Source: Octopus sinensis (lineage: Eukaryota). Taken from it: a stretch of 64,000 bases of DNA. The notes beneath the pieces are model-generated. The model made no database searches. It was not told the DNA's origin and saw only the letters and a program-made list of their open reading frames with translations. The stretch covers positions 31,744,001-31,808,000 of the forward strand of contig NC_043007.1 in the NCBI RefSeq assembly GCF_006345805.1, read 5' to 3'. Positions 52,811 through 64,000 of this stretch are shown here, piece by piece. The number at the start of each line of letters is the position of its first letter. Positions within the stretch are counted from its first letter, which is position 1. The translations under genes were made by a program, and so were the position numbers.

Positions 52811-53157
52811 GTAATATATATATATATATATATTAATGACAATGTATTGTATAATACATCCATTATGGCCGATCTTACCGATTCATTTTGTACTGACCAT
52901 TAAATCGGATGTTAGATAACACCATGGTTAATTAATACTGCTCGTTTGTCAGGGGCTGGTAGGTATGGCGAACCTGCTATCTCTGACAAGCACGCGGTAT
53001 TACTTGAACGTGGTTTTATCTAACTTCTGGTTTAACACTCGGTGCAGGGCTGACTGGTAAGACCAGTCGTAATATACACTCTGATTAATATACACGCTTT
53101 GCTGAGAAATATATGAGGGCGTATTGCTCCACCCACACGCATAGATTCTTAGTTGGA

Positions 53158-53179
53158 CTATATATATATACATACATGC

Positions 53180-53226
<47 letters not shown>

Positions 53227-53381
53227 CATACATACATCCATATATATATACACACATATATATATACATACATACATACATACATACATACATACATGTA
53301 TATATATATATATACATTCATACATATATATATATGTATATATATATAGATATATATACATATATACATACATATGTATAT

Positions 53382-53412
<31 letters not shown>

Positions 53413-53590
53413 TGTATATATATATAAATATACATAATATATATATATATACATACACACGTGTGTGTATGTGTATGTGTGAATGTGCATGTGTTTGCGT
53501 GTATGTATAGACATGGACGTTATACGTACAACAGTATACAAGTGTTTGTGTATGTGCTTGTGTGCGTGTATGTGTGTGTGTGTGTGTGGT
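53158..53590. repeat. Compound (TA)n/(TACA)n/(TG)n microsatellite
   Basis: Read directly from the sequence. Confidence 0.93.
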
Positions 53591-53796
53591 TCAAAATTGT
53601 ACAAAAACAAAAAACAGAAAACGGGGACAGGTCAGGGAACAACAATCAAAGTGTATTAGTTAGAAGCTCAGTAAAAATGGATGAGTTCTCGACATTTCGA
53701 GCTTATGCTCGTCTACAAAATAAAAATGCCGAAAAAAAAATAACACAGAGAGCCGCAAAAAAAATCAGAGAAAAAAATATGTCTTGAGTAATGTTT

Positions 53797-53835
<39 letters not shown>

Positions 53836-54980
53836 TTGTGTGTGTACATATATATCTATATATATATACACATACACATATATGTGCATGTATGTGTGTG
53901 TCAAAAGTTATGAAAGTGTTCCAGTTTCAAATCAAAATAACAAAAATTACTAAAAGAAAATAAAAAAAAATATAAAGGATTTGAGTCCTTTGTGATCTTT
54001 TTGGCCGACGCTGTTTAAAAATAAACATACGTATTTTCAGATATATATTTATATATATGCACGCATGCATATACATTCATACTTTTAGAATTTCATCATT
54101 ATAACACTGATTTCTAAACATAAGGGCGAAGCCACAAATTTTTAATAAGGGTCCAGTCGATTGCATTTATCCCAGTACTTAACAGACCCTTTATTTCATT
54201 TACCCAAGAAAGATTAAAGACAAGATCAACACGGGTAGGATTTGAACTCAGAATGTAAAGAACCGCAACAGAATACCACAAGTCGTTCTCTGTTGGATGT
54301 TCCAGTGGCTCTGTGAACCCATCGACCCCACCCACACTATCACCACCACATACATTTATAAACTCACCAATATGTATTTATATATATATATATATATATA
54401 TAGGGAGAGTTTATGAAAAAAACAACAAAAGATGAAGACAGGTGGTGTACAAAACAAACAGATGTATTAGTATAACGCTCAGGAATAGAAAAGGTATTTT
54501 ACGTTTCGAGCCTACGCTCTTCTACAGAAAGGGACACAGAAAAAACAAAGAGAAAAAAATGTGTGTAGTGGCTAACGATCTATCATGGCGACTGACCATG
54601 TATGTATGTATGAATATGTATTTATGTATGTATTATGCATGCATGTGTGTGTATATATATATATATATACACACAGGATTATGCTTAAATTTTTTCCTCA
54701 TTCCTGTGAGTATATTCTTCAACGTAGATTAATACCAATATATTCCATAAATCGGTACATTGCTATAAACATTTACTCATAGAGTTATTTCCATTGTGGA
54801 GCACTGACTCTTGTAGATATATATTTGGTGGCACCACTTACACTTGTACAGATCTTTAACGGTGCCATTACCACCAATAACGGCACTTGGTGGTTGGTAC
54901 ATCCAACCCGTCCACCCTTATTTCCTAAGTTTCATTTCTTTTTTGTACTCATAGAAATGTTCATCATCATCATTATTATT

Positions 54981-55037
<57 letters not shown>

Positions 55038-55493
55038 GAGTGAGAGAGCAGTGCATGCCATCAAAGTGACACTGGGGTAAAATATACGAAGCCCAGTACA
55101 CCCATCATGACTACCCGTCTGATAAGGGTACACTAGGCACATGCATCACAACCATATGTGCGTGACATGGTGATCTCATATCAAGATAAACAGCACATGA
55201 CCTTGCAGGTGGGGGCCCAGTTAGAATTTTCTTCTGGTCGAGTAGCCCATCCCACTCAAGAGGTCCCTGAATAAGGGTTGTTTAAGGATGTTGAACGAAA
55301 CACCCATGTTTCCAGAGGTGAATTATTCAAACCCCAAAGAATTGTTCTCAACGCATGGCTATGATGCTCCCCCACTACTTCTGCTCATGATCAGAGATGC
55401 ACATATCGTCAGCCACTAAGGGACGTGCTCAACTGGTTAAGGTCAAACAACTGACAAGCAAATCTGTGGTATTGAGCAGAATATTTGCTGTAA

Positions 55494-55494
<1 letters not shown>

Positions 55495-55544
<50 letters not shown>

Positions 55545-55670
55545 CATCATCATTGTTATTATCATCACTATTATTATTATTATCATTATTATTATTAATT
55601 ATTAAAAATAAACGAGAATTTTTTATTATTATTATTATATTATTATTATTATTATTATCATTATTATTCT
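55495..55670. repeat. (ATT)n microsatellite; another lies at 54962-55040
   Basis: Read directly from the sequence. Confidence 0.93.
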
Positions 55671-55689
55671 TCCTTCATAACATAGTGTA

Positions 55690-55870
55690 TGTAAAAATTC
55701 ACCGGAGTCTTTGGTCACCTGCCGAGTCACAACAAGGACCTCAGACAGATAATGCTTTCCTTAAGATGAGCCCAATGAGGCTGCTTTTTGCAAGATATCA
55801 GTCTTACATGGGATTTCCAGTTGCCTTAAGGAGTTTTGAAGTTTCAATGGGATTGAGCCCAATGCTCATT
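55690..55870 (-). mobile_element. R4/Dong-like non-LTR element 3' end adjoining (TAA)n
   Basis: The minus strand reads ILQKAASLGSS, resembling the LQKAALLGTAHILRKVL terminus of this clade. It abuts a long ATT/TAA microsatellite. Confidence 0.5.
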
Positions 55871-56399
55871 ATTTGACCGTGTTTTATGTAAAAAAATTTG
55901 ATCGTTATTGTGGTTCTTGAAACTATAATTATTGGATTAATCTTTTTCCTCGAAGAGTAAAAGAGAAACAAAAGGGAACGTAATTTACAAAGAAGAAAAA
56001 GAACGACTATTGTAGCAATTAGTTTTTAGTAATTTGTCGTTGTAATTAATGTAGGTGGTCTTTAAAGGGAAATGACAGAAATCATTAATAATATAATATA
56101 TAGGCATTTTTTTTTTAGAGAAAATGTTTTTTGTTACTTTGTTCTTTATGCTCGCTGCCCCCTACTATCACCACCACAACATGACCACCAAATTCTAATC
56201 CGAATTCATTAGCATCAAACAGCCAAGCTTCAGTGATGGTACCAGTATTTGTCAGGCTTTTCCGACTAGTGTTAGTTATAAATATATACAAATTGAGATC
56301 ATTGCTTCCATCAGCACAGTCCAAAAACCATTTTGCTTTGTAGAGTTTCGGCACAATTGAAAGAAAAAGGGAGAAAGAAGCGAAGAGAGGATGTCAGTT

Positions 56400-56555
56400 T
56401 TATGTACACGGGTAGGAAGCGTTTTCTCCCCAGTTTAAGGTCGGATAATACGTTGAGTAGTTCTGTACTAATAAACGCAGCTGGTTGTTCTCCTTCTGTA
56501 ACTGACTGATTAACCGTTCGTAGTTCTCCTTCTCTTTGAGCATATATCTCTGGTT
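56400..56555 (-). CDS. bZIP transcription factor leucine-zipper terminal exon
   Basis: Acceptor tttattccag|, then NQRYMLKEKENYERLISQLQKENNQLRLLVQNYSTYYPTLNWGENASYPCT*. Heptad register L-M-Y-L-L continues from the basic exon. Confidence 0.88.
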   Translation of the reverse strand, partial: NQRYMLKEKENYERLISQLQKENNQLRLLVQNYSTYYPTLNWGENASYPCT

Positions 56556-57291
56556 CTGGAATAAATAAATAAATAAATAAGTAAATTGATAATTGGACAG
56601 ACAGCCAATCAGAAAGGTAGGCAGGTAAGTAGGTAGATAGGTAGGTAGCTAGCCAGCTAGACAGATAGATAGACAAGTAGACATAGCAATATAGATAGAT
56701 AGATAGACAGATAGATAGATCCATATATAGATAGTACTAGAAATCCCATATCTTTAAGAATCTAGTCACACTATTTAACCTAGTTAAACCCAATGATGAC
56801 GCTGTATACCAGTAACCCAAATACACTGATGTGTGTGTGTGTACACGGTTGTCGAACGAGTACCAACACTTCCATGTAGCACGCTTAAACAATTGTGAAT
56901 ATCACTTCACATGAAACCATTGGTTGCCTTGTTAACCAACAAATAAAAAAACGTATATATATATATTCTTTTCTACTCTTGGCACAAGGCCTGAAATTTT
57001 GGGGGGAGGGGGCCGGTCAATTAGATCGACCCCAGCATGCAACTGGTACTTAATTTATTGACTCCGAAAGGATGAAAGGCAAAGTCGACCTCAGCGGAAT
57101 TTGGACTCAGAACGTAAAGACAGATGAAATACCTATTTCTTTTTTTCTTCCAAGGTCTGGAGTCTCCCACCCCTAAGCCCTTTGACCATCACCTAATCAC
57201 CCTTACCCGTCTTGTTGCTTAACAACAACAACAACAGCAGCGAAATGCAACACCAACACCACCAGCCCCAGAATTATTGATTAAAACTTAC

Positions 57292-57399
57292 ATCTTCCAA
57301 TTCTTCCATTTTGTTCTTCTTCCTCAGACGGCATCTCTGTGCCGCTTTCCTGTTTTGCTCTCTCCTCCTCAAAATTCTCGTCTCTTCTTCTGGCCGTAG
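57292..57399 (-). CDS. bZIP transcription factor basic-region exon (ATF3/BATF/Fos-like)
   Basis: Acceptor gtttctgttgcag|, then LRPEEETRILRRREQNRKAAQRCRLRKKNKMEELED, then donor |gtaagt. 108 nt, phase 0-0, with the canonical N-x7-R bZIP basic motif. Confidence 0.92.
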
Positions 57400-59223
57400 C
57401 TGCAACAGAAACAAGAATTAAATAACTTCTGCTCACCTCATCAGTACGACTGAAAGATGGTCTGCGAAATAACCACAACTGAAGTTGCAGTTACTTTAGC
57501 AGGGAAGGAATTAAATTCTTTTCTACTCTAGGCACAAGGCCCGAAATTTGGGGGGAGGAGGCCAGTCGAGTACATCGACCCCAGTACGCAACTGTTACTT
57601 AATTTATCGACTCCGAAAGGATGAAAGGCAAAGTCGGCCTCGGCGGAATTTGAACTCAGAACGTAAAGACAGACGAAATACCTATTTCTTTACTACCCAC
57701 AAGGGGCTAAACACATAGGGGACAAACAAGGACAGACAAACGGATTAAGCTGATTACATCGACCCCAGTGTGTAACTGGTACTTAATTTATCAAAGGGCC
57801 AACTATGTCACATTGAATCTCCCTAAGAACTACATCAAGGGTTCGCGTGTCAGTGGAGCGCTAAGCCACTTGCACGTTAATCTCACCAGCAGGTTTGTTC
57901 CATTACTAGGTTCAACTGGAACCCTCGTCGTCACAACCGACGGAGTGCCAATTAGCAAACATAAATTAGGGTTTTTGATAATTAACACTCAGATTCAAAT
58001 GGAACCTGAATTTCACTCCCTGAAGAAGAGCATTCATATGAAAGTTGACCTCTTACATTCGGCCTTGAAAAATGGTTCGAAAAATTTGACTCCTACTTGG
58101 TAAATTATTTTAAGGTTGTTCTTATTACTAAACAAAGTGGAAACATGTTTTGGCAAACAAATGAAATCACACCCCAATGAACGTCAGATAACTGGCGTTG
58201 AAAGCAACGCTACATAGATTTTTTTCTTTAATGAGATCAAAGAAACTTTGTAACAAGCAAATCTAGTCGACACAGGAGCCTTGGTGTAGATGCTCGAAAT
58301 AGCAGCCAAATCTCCCTCAAATCACACACTGTTGGCATGGGAAAGGGAAAACTACATTAGATAACATAGTGTTGAAGCGATGGGATGGTCATAGCAGGAA
58401 TGCTTTTCAACACAGGTCATCTGATCTTCTCAATTAGGCTTGCGCCGGAGTTCATCAATAACAACAATGACAGCAATAATCAAGTGTACGTTGGAAACAA
58501 ATTCTTGTATGATGATGATGATGAGGAGGAGGATTATTATGATGATGATGACGATGATGATATTATTTTAACTTATTTATTTATTTACTAAAATGACAAT
58601 TACAAGAATATAAATACATGTATAACATATTATGCTTTGCATATAAAATATATAAAGATACCAGTAATTATTATTAAAATGTTTTATATGTAAAGCATAA
58701 TGTTATACGTGTATGTATATTCTTGTAATTCTCATTTTAGTAAATAAATTGACATAATATAATGTCTAAAAGTTGATGAACCAACTATTGATCCCCTCCA
58801 TTTTCTTATTGCTATATATATATATGTATATATATATAATATATATATATGTATGTATGTATGTATGCATGCATGTATGTATGTAGGTATGTATGTGTGT
58901 GTATATATATATATATATATCTATATGTATATATGCATGAATATGTTCGTGTGTGTATGTGTGCGCGCGCGCACCCATCACCACTTGATAACTAGTGTCG
59001 GTGTGTTTAGGTCCCAGTAACTTAGCGGGTGGTCAAAAAGAGACTGACAGAATAAGTATCAGACATGAAAAAAAGAAAACAAACAAAAAAACCCTAAATA
59101 CTACAACCGATTATTTCAACTAAAAACCTAATAAGGCGATGCCCTAGCATGGCCGCAGCCCTACAACAGAAACATGCAAGAGATAAATGATAATTAACGA
59201 AATAAGAAATGTTTTCTAATTAC

Positions 59224-59516
59224 CTCGTATTGTATGGGAGGTTTCACTTCTGTATCGACAGCATTCTTTCCTTCCTGGAACCTCTTGTACAATATCTGGC
59301 ATTTCAGTTCCTGTTTTATGATGTGAATCATGTCTCCCGTCTCGTTGACTTTCTCAACGGCTTCCTTCAGTTGAGAATCTTTTTCGTTATCGCTGACATT
59401 ATCATAGGAGTCATTTTCTGGACAAACGTCACCTTTCATAGGTTCTGGTGTCTCCACAAACGGATAGTTCTTCAAATCTTGGCAGAAATCAAGATTAGTC
59501 ATCTCGCCAAAAGACT
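59224..59516 (-). CDS. bZIP transcription factor, internal exon encoding an acidic N-terminal region
   Basis: Open frame SFGEMTNLDFCQDLKNYPF...VKPPIQYE. Acceptor tttctttcattcttaaag| and phase-0 donor GAG|gtaatt, compatible with the next exon. The acceptor position is less certain than the donor. Confidence 0.7.
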
Positions 59517-59582
59517 CTTTAAGAATGAAAGAAAAATATATATATATTTATCTATTTATAGAAAAGGACAAATTTTTAGGGT

Positions 59583-59882
59583 TTCTACTATAGGCACAAG
59601 GCCCAAAATTTTGGGGGAGAGGACTAGTAAATTACATCGACCCCCAGTGTTTCACTGGTACTTAATTTATCGACCCCGAAATGATGAGAGGCAAAGTGAC
59701 CTTGGAGGAATTTGAACTCAGGACATAGCAACAGGTGAAATACCTATTTCTTTATTGCCCACAAGGGGCTGAACACAGAGAGGACAAACAAGGACAGACA
59801 AACGGATTAAGTCGATTGTATCGACCCCAGTGCGTAACTGGTACTTATTCAATCGATCCCGAAAGGATGAAAGGCAAAGTCG
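59583..59882 (-). mobile_element. SINE family B variant in a bZIP intron
   Basis: Family B modules preceded by a taggcacaaggccc...gggggagaggac segment. Confidence 0.8.
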
Positions 59883-60194
59883 AGAATAGTCATCTCCTCC
59901 AAAAAGTCTTTAAGAATGGAAAAATAAATATAGAAAAAAAAACAGATTTTGAGCGCGAACAATAAATAACGTCTTTTACTCGTTTCAGTCACTTGACTGC
60001 GGCCATGCTGGAGCACCACCTTTAGTCGAACAAATCGACCCCAGGACTTATTCTTTGTAAGCTTAGTACTTATTTTATCGGTCTCTTTAGCTGAACCGAT
60101 AAGTTACGGCAACGTAAACGCACCAACGACAGTTTTCAAGTGATGGTGGGAGGACAAACACAGACACACAGACATATACATATCATCATCTTCA

Positions 60195-60560
60195 TCATCC
60201 TCATCATCCTCATCATCACCCCCACCACCACTGCCACCAGCGCTATCATCATCATCATCATCACCACCACTACCATCATTGAGCCCCTAAACTGGTAGCA
60301 TCCTCAGGCAACAGCCATCGTCTCATCATCATCATCATCCTCATCATCACCCCCACCACCACTGCCACCAGCGCTATCATCATCATCATCATCACCACCA
60401 CTACCATCATTGAGCCCCTAAACTGGTAGCATCCTCAGGCAACAGCCATCGTCTCATCATCATCATCATCATCATCATCACCCCCACCACCACTACCACC
60501 ATCACCATCACCACCACCACCACCATTATCATCATTATCATCACTACCATCATTGGGTTC
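60195..60560. repeat. 131-bp tandem repeat built on a (CAT/CAC)n microsatellite
   Basis: gagcccctaaactggtagcatcctcaggcaacagccatcgtctc occurs at 60281 and 60412. Confidence 0.9.
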
Positions 60561-61878
60561 CTAAATTCGTAAGGTCCTCGGAACAGCCTAAGTGCCCATG
60601 GATTAAGGAGCATGAATCACCGCCCCAAAAGAATCTTTCAGATTGAAAATATACAAAAGAACTAATTTTTAAGAGTTGAAAAATAGGCACCATGCAATAA
60701 ATTTATCCATTGAGTATTTCAGAACATGTGACAAATGCAAAATTATTGATTTCATATACATAATGAGCATGGCCTTCATTCATGATCGCAAGATTGTGGT
60801 TTCAATTCCCAAAGAATATCCCCCCAAAAAAAACAAAAAGAAAATATTGTTCCGGGATTGGGCAGTGCATCGTGTTCTTGAGCAAAACCCTTCATTTCAT
60901 GTTGCTTCCAGTGGGTCCTTGTGATGGACTGGAGTCCAGAGTAAGGAGAATGTTGGTCTGCCCGGCTTAACCAACAGAGTGGCATCATTTGAAAGCCACA
61001 ACAATGTGAGAAAGTGCATTGGGATCAGGGGTGTTTAACCACAACCAATACTCTAGTTGATGCAGTGATACAGTGAAACGGTGACATTAGATCTTACTTA
61101 TTCAGAAGAGAGCATATTAGCGATAAAGATCTTTTCACTTCCCCACTACGGTTAGTGGTACATATAAAATGAAATGGCATTAACTAAGAATAAATTTACC
61201 ATGTTTGAAGGCACAAAAGATGCACAGGCATAATAAATGCATCCCAATTTTAGCAGCACATATTCAGGAAAAATAGCTTTTAGTACATTAATGCACATAA
61301 TATAGGCCCAACTTAAGATATAGACCCAGAGTGAATTTTTTTTTTTTTGAGATATTCTTTGGGAAAAAAAGTATGTCTTATATGCCATCAAATACGATAA
61401 GTAACGGACTGCAACAAAGAAAAAAAATCAAATGTATGTCTTATAAGACTATTCCGCACATACAATAACAGCCCCTACCAACAAGCCAACACACCTCCAT
61501 CATCAGCTGCCCCATGGATATCATTATGGTTTCAACACTTGGGCAGTACCATTCAATCCAGTGGTGTCAACAGCACTAAAATAAGTGTTGCTTGTAAACG
61601 AACAAACCAAAAGAAACCACCACATTCATTCTGTCTTAATTCTAGGAAGGATTAAAGACTAACATTATTGATTAAACTACAACAAAGAAACCACATTTAC
61701 CCTAGGTACAAAAATGGTATTGGTAAATTAATAAGTCTATAAGTAGACCTAAAACTAATATTGATTTCAGGTTTTGGTACAAGGTCAGCAATTTTAACAG
61801 AGGGGTTAAATCGATTGCATTGACCCTAGTACTCAACTAGTATTTATTTTATCATCATCATCATCAACAACAACAACA

Positions 61879-61909
<31 letters not shown>

Positions 61910-62529
61910 TAATAACAATTGTAATACAAAAAAAGGGGCCATAAATAAGTAAATGTTTCAAGGCACAATGTCCGACTCCGACGCCCCCGGGGATTGTGCC
62001 AATCCACTGCTTTTAATATCCGTTTCTAACACTGACACAAAGTTAAAATTTGGAAGGTAAGGGTTAGAGGATTGCATCGACTCCAGGGCATCATTAGTTC
62101 GTTATTTTATCGACCCCTATCCCAGCCCCGAAAGAATCAAAAACAGCACTTACTTTGATATGATTTGAACGAAACAAATGCCGACCCTGATATCATCATA
62201 TTGATAAACAAACAAATATGAAATGTTTGGGAGAGGACAACGTGTTTCTTTATAAACAGGAATAAAAATAAAAATAAAGTATAACGAATTAAGATACTGA
62301 TTGACTTCAGCAGCGAAGTAAAAGTCGGTTAAACCCCAATTGTGATTGAAAACATCTGCCCCAAAATATTTTGTTCGACAATACATTATGAAAACTAACA
62401 ACAGAGAATGAATTACTTTGTTTTGTTTGAAAGACATTGTAAAAGGCTTCAGGATTATATCTGACAACAATAGCGATAATAAGGATTAAGGCTATTTCAT
62501 ACTCTGCTAACTTTGTCTTCCTTGGATTC

Positions 62530-62607
62530 AAATGACCGATTTCCAAGGAAGTATTTAGGGCACAGGCAACAAACATTACTGCCGCCTCCTACCTCGTGAT
62601 GACGTCA
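62530..62607 (-). promoter_or_regulatory. Candidate promoter of the bZIP gene: palindromic CRE, TATA-like box and Inr-like motif
   Basis: TGACGTCA at 62600-62607. On the minus strand, TAAATA at 62557-62552 and TCATTT at 62535-62530, in plausible order and spacing. Confidence 0.5.
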
Positions 62608-64000
62608 GCAAGAGTTTGCTCTCAGAAATTCCTTTGGAGATATAAGTAAATTGTGTTCAAAGTAAATCGGCTGGGATTACATGGAAAGAGAAAGAGTGCG
62701 GGGGAGGAAGATTAAAATGTACTTTAAATGGAAACAATAGGGAATCTCAATCCGACGATTTATAAGTGTATTTATATTTTTTTTAATTACATGGATAAAG
62801 ATCACGAATGTTTTGTAATAGCTGCCTCAGTTTTAGAGGTGATAAAAGCCGTGTGCTTTCAATAACGAAACCACAAATGGACATTATACTGTGACACTTT
62901 CTGAAACTTAAAAATGTTGTTTCGTCTTTGTATTTGGCTTGTAAGATTCTTGTTGTGAATTTGTGAGTTATGAAGAAGATATAATCACAAATGCAAGCAA
63001 AATATTATTCACATACTTAAAATGCTAACCATGGCGTGGAAGAACCATTTAATAATTTCATCTCTTAATGTCTGTTACTTCTTGGAATGGCCTCAATTAT
63101 ATTCCTTAGATAGCTTAGAATTCTTTTTTCTTGAAAATCTAAAGAATCTTACCGAAGATATATTTCTAGTTCTTTGACTGCTTTTGAAAATGAGTAACAC
63201 TTTTTAATATACATTATTTACATTTGACAGATATTTGACCTCCGGCTGATATACCCGCCAGACTTCATCAGGTGTCTTGGGGGAATTTCGAACCTGGGTT
63301 CTCATTCCTAAGGTATTTTTCGTTGTTGTTGTTGTTATAGGCATAGGAGTGACTGTGTGTTAAGTAGCTTGGTATTATTATTATTATTATTATTATTCAG
63401 GTCACTGCCTTTTACGTTTTGAAAAGGGAAAACTTGTTCCCAAATTTTAATTTAAGGAATCTGTTTTTATCTTTTTATTTTTCTGCTTGTTGTTTCAGTT
63501 ATAGGACTGGTGTCCATGCTGGGGCACGTCTTGAAGGATTTGGTCGAACAAATCGATTCCAATTATTAATTTCTTTTAACCTGGTACTGATTCTATTGAT
63601 CTCTTTTTGCTGAATCACTAAGTTACAGTGACATAAACAAACCAACACCGGTTGTCAACCAATAATGGGGTGACAAATACAAATACACACACATACGGCA
63701 GGTTTCCTCACAGTTTCCGTCAACCAAATTTCCTCACAAGGCATTGGTTGATCCACGGCATTTGCCCAAGGTGTCTCGCAGTGGGACTGAAACTGAAATC
63801 ACGTGGTTGCAAAGCTTCTTATGCACAAAGATCCATCTCGACCACAACAACAATAAACACAACAACAAACACAACACACATAACAATAACAAACACTATT
63901 CCTGATGTAATAAATTATTGGTTGTGTATTAATTGTACCTAGATTTTGTATCCAAAATTAATCAACAACCTTGGAAAGAAACAATAGACCGATAAAATAT

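Noticed and set aside
55870-56399. AU-rich element cluster in the bZIP 3' UTR
   Set aside because: I found only a single clear ATTTA on the sense strand, which is no more than expected in AT-rich DNA.
62150-62470. ORF as the first coding exon of the bZIP gene
   Set aside because: The position fits, but no donor gives the phase needed to join the exon at 59516 directly; left unresolved.

Overview
AT-rich eukaryotic genomic DNA that is dominated by microsatellites, tRNA-derived SINEs, LINE fragments and MITEs. The repeat landscape looks like an octopus (coleoid cephalopod) genome; this is an inference. Almost all ORFs in the supplied track are microsatellite or SINE artefacts. Manual splicing recovers three genes. 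(1) A complete 4-exon, 154-aa neudesin (NENF, cytochrome b5-like heme/steroid-binding) gene on + at 26002-47336. (2) The last three coding exons of a convergent ATF3/BATF/Fos-type bZIP transcription factor on - at 56400-59516, with a CRE/TATA/Inr-like promoter near 62.5-62.6 kb; its first coding exon(s) are unresolved. (3) The 3' part of a phase-consistent spliced gene I cannot identify, on + at 7657-18801. The most notable observations are: a near-perfect 343-bp palindrome carrying a canonical minimal hammerhead ribozyme motif on each strand; several further hammerhead-like motifs, three of which share a non-canonical core; a 64-bp foldback whose deviations are almost all G-U wobbles on one strand; NENF next to an ATF3/BATF-like gene, as on human 1q32.3; and a 2.2-kb 44-bp satellite grown from a repeat element's sub-repeat inside NENF intron 2. 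All alignments and folds were done by eye, and the boundaries of decayed repeats are approximate.
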